A stretch of 64,000 bases of DNA from an uncultured archaeon (GTDB lineage Archaea; Asgardarchaeota; Lokiarchaeia; Sigyniarchaeales; SOKP01): NCBI GenBank assembly GCA_964486045.1, contig CAZALK010000003.1, forward strand, positions 192,001-256,000. Direction: 5' to 3'. Of this stretch, positions 61,614 through 64,000 are shown piece by piece. Within the stretch, counting starts at the first letter, position 1, and each line of letters begins with the position of its first letter. The notes beneath the pieces are model-generated. The model had not been told where the DNA came from. It was given only the letters and a program-made list of their open reading frames with translations, and made no database searches. The position numbers and the translations under genes are program-made.

Positions 61614-63080
61614 ACTGACGAAGAAAAGACCAAATATGAATATTCATTTGATTATATTCAGAGAAAACTCGAAGGAAAAAAAGACAGCTACGGACTATTA
61701 GTCAAGGATATCATTAGAACAGGAATTTGTACAGAATGTGGGACTTGCGCAGCAGTATGTCCAGTTTTAGAATGGGATCAAATTGCAGGGCAACCAAAGC
61801 TTATAGGAAAATGTAATGGATGTGGAATTTGTTATAACCAATGTCCTCGAACAATAACGGATCCTGTCCAGCTAATGGGAGAATTTAAAACTGGTTATGT
61901 TTCAAATACTAACATTCCTGAGATAATTGGAGCACAAGACGGTGGGACAGTAACATCTCTTTTATCTTATTTATTTGATGAACATCTTATTGATGCTGCA
62001 ATTGTAACAATGAAAGATCCCAATCATCCATGGAACCCAGCAGCACAAATCATAACTAATAAAACTGACTCGATAAGAGCTGCTGGTTCAATCTATACTC
62101 ATTCTCAAACAGTAGAAGCTTTAATGGAAGCTATTCGACAAGAATATCGATCAATAGCCTTTGTTGGCACTCCTTGTAATATTGATGCTGTTGATAAAAT
62201 GATAAATTCACCAGCGGGAATGTTGCGTTATTTTATGCGGGCAAATGTCTTTAAAATTGGCTTATTTTGTATGGATGCCTTTTCACCAGAAACACTTTAT
62301 GCAAAATTTGAGAAAGATGGAATCGATTTAACTAAAGTTGTGAAGATGGACATAAATAAGGGAAAATTTCATATATATTATGTAAATCAAGAAGAACCTG
62401 TAAAATCATACCCTATCGCTTCATTGCATAAGTTTAAATCACCAAGTTGTACTTTCTGTACAGATCTAACTGCGGAAAATGCTGATCTCTCAGTTGGATC
62501 AGTTGGAAGTGGGGCAAAGAAAAATACAGTTTTTGCAAGAACTGGGATTGGAGCTGAAATTTTAGAAGATGCCGCAAAAAAAGGTTATATTACAATTGAA
62601 CCATATAATGCAATTAATTTAAATGCAGTGTTAAATTTATGTAAACGAAAAAAGTCTGCTCAGTACAATATTCAGAAAAGAAAGGTATTTGTTGTAAGAG
62701 ACACTCTGGATGATGAGGACGAAGAAGAAGTATCTAACATCGAAACAATGCCCGAAGTTGAGAAACCAAAACCCCTAAAAGGTACCAGGAGAGCGATAAG
62801 CGTGACAAAAAAATTAAACGAAAAAAAGAAAACTTTAGATCTCACTATTACAAATACTGTAGGATTTGCATTAGATGATATAAAAATTAGGGTGGCTGCT
62901 GTCGACGAAATTTTTGAAACAAAACCATGGATAACTACGATAAAAGAAATGTTTCCATTTGAAACGATTGAAATTCCTTACCCACTAGAATCATTGGAAG
63001 GAAGTGTGTTAGTTGAGGCGACGTCTAAAACGTATGGAAAAATTTTCTCGCGGACATTGAAATATTCACCAGCAAAATAA
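61599..63080 (+). CDS. frhB: FrhB-family protein with C-terminal extension
   Basis: CTECGTCAAVCP, CNGCGICYNQCP, QDGGTVT, VGTPC, GLFCMD, CTFCTD. Confidence 0.9.
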   Translation: MTEDKTDEEKTKYEYSFDYIQRKLEGKKDSYGLLVKDIIRTGICTECGTCAAVCPVLEWDQIAGQPKLIGKCNGCGICYNQCPRTITDPVQLMGEFKTGYVSNTNIPEIIGAQDGGTVTSLLSYLFDEHLIDAAIVTMKDPNHPWNPAAQIITNKTDSIRAAGSIYTHSQTVEALMEAIRQEYRSIAFVGTPCNIDAVDKMINSPAGMLRYFMRANVFKIGLFCMDAFSPETLYAKFEKDGIDLTKVVKMDINKGKFHIYYVNQEEPVKSYPIASLHKFKSPSCTFCTDLTAENADLSVGSVGSGAKKNTVFARTGIGAEILEDAAKKGYITIEPYNAINLNAVLNLCKRKKSAQYNIQKRKVFVVRDTLDDEDEEEVSNIETMPEVEKPKPLKGTRRAISVTKKLNEKKKTLDLTITNTVGFALDDIKIRVAAVDEIFETKPWITTIKEMFPFETIEIPYPLESLEGSVLVEATSKTYGKIFSRTLKYSPAK

Positions 63081-63157
63081 ATTTGTCAAAATCCTTTTAT
63101 TAACAAGCACTATAATAAAGTATTAAATAATAAAAATTTTGAAGATGAAATTCAACA

Positions 63158-64000
63158 ATGAAAATTGCATTAATAGGATTGGCTGGTTGTGGTAAAACGA
63201 GCCTCTATTTGATAGGATTTACAGAAGCAACCCCAGAACAAACAAAATCATTATCTCCTACAATATTGTATGAGACTCGGCGCCATCCATTCTTAGGCTT
63301 AAATGTGGGCATCTGGGATATGGGTGGTCAAGAACAATACAGAAAGGATTATATGGAACACTCAGAACCCTTAAAAGGGACTGACATCCTTATTCCTGTA
63401 GTAGATTTACACGATCCTGATAATTTTGAAACGGCAAAAGAGTACTTTCTTGGGTTATTGGATATTTATCGAAAGAATAATGAGAAACCTAAGATCTTCC
63501 TCTTTTTACATAAATATGATACACAAGATTTTCAGAAAGAGCTTTTAGATACAAACGTAAAGAAAGCAAAAGAGATTTTTTTAGACCTTTTCAAAACATA
63601 CGATTTTGATTTTACTTTTACAAGTATATATGAACAAGATAAATTAGCTAAAGTATTCCGAAACCTTTTAATGACTTCATATACTGAATTGAAAAATAAT
63701 GTTGAAAGAGCTGATAAACAACTTGAAGAAATTAAAGCAAAGATCATTATTTCTGATATCTCTGGGAATGTACTTTCTCACAATATTGCTGGTGTAACTA
63801 GTGGTTTAACATTAAGAAGTGATCTTAGAGATTTTATTAATGCAAGTAATGTCATACGAGAAAATATTTTTATGAATGATTCAGCAAATTTTAAAGGTGA
63901 AGATGAAGATGGAAAGCAAATTGAATTGTATATTTTTAAATATATAATATCAGTATTAATAATGAAATCAGGAGAATTGGATGTGGAATCACAAGAAAAA
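63158..64000 (+). CDS. Rag/Gtr-like small GTPase with probable C-terminal roadblock domain, runs off the window
   Basis: Manual translation: MKIALIGLAGCGKTS, WDMGGQ, HKYD, TSIY, then KIIISDISGNVL. Confidence 0.85.
   Translation, partial: MKIALIGLAGCGKTSLYLIGFTEATPEQTKSLSPTILYETRRHPFLGLNVGIWDMGGQEQYRKDYMEHSEPLKGTDILIPVVDLHDPDNFETAKEYFLGLLDIYRKNNEKPKIFLFLHKYDTQDFQKELLDTNVKKAKEIFLDLFKTYDFDFTFTSIYEQDKLAKVFRNLLMTSYTELKNNVERADKQLEEIKAKIIISDISGNVLSHNIAGVTSGLTLRSDLRDFINASNVIRENIFMNDSANFKGEDEDGKQIELYIFKYIISVLIMKSGELDVESQEK

Noticed and set aside
1174-63747. Short ORFs overlapping larger genes (e.g. 1174, 7433, 8001, 16074, 17049, 26841, 32761, 46401, 51422, 63532)
   Set aside because: Antisense or alternate-frame shadows of well-supported genes with no recognisable motifs.
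1-64000. Genome-wide UGA reassignment (e.g. UGA=Trp)
   Set aside because: Many ordinary genes end in TGA and Trp is encoded by TGG; readthrough is confined to Cys-homologous sites.

Overview
AT-rich archaeal window, most likely Lokiarchaeia (Asgard). Markers are Loki-CTERM-type C-terminal anchors, Ras-like and Rag-like small GTPases, a longin/roadblock-type domain, a single-domain gelsolin and the Loki 'FWGHCSNLQAW' family. The metabolic core has three HdrA, two MvhD, three FrhB-like and one HdrD-like gene. The main signal is missed by the ORF track: a minus-strand selenoprotein operon at 47941-45446. hdrA has four in-frame UGA codons and mvhD has two, all six at positions that are Cys in paralogs in this same window. 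They are followed by a eukaryote-type SECIS hairpin whose AUGA core contains the mvhD stop codon and which can sit in a three-way junction with a GNRA-tetraloop hairpin. Between the hdr clusters (about 30.3-43.8 kb) is a plastic region with a 2.1 kb duplication, repeated non-coding elements, probable AUA-initiated surface-protein genes and gene remnants. Two further duplicated promoter-like segments bracket apparently acquired genes at 57.7-61.6 kb.
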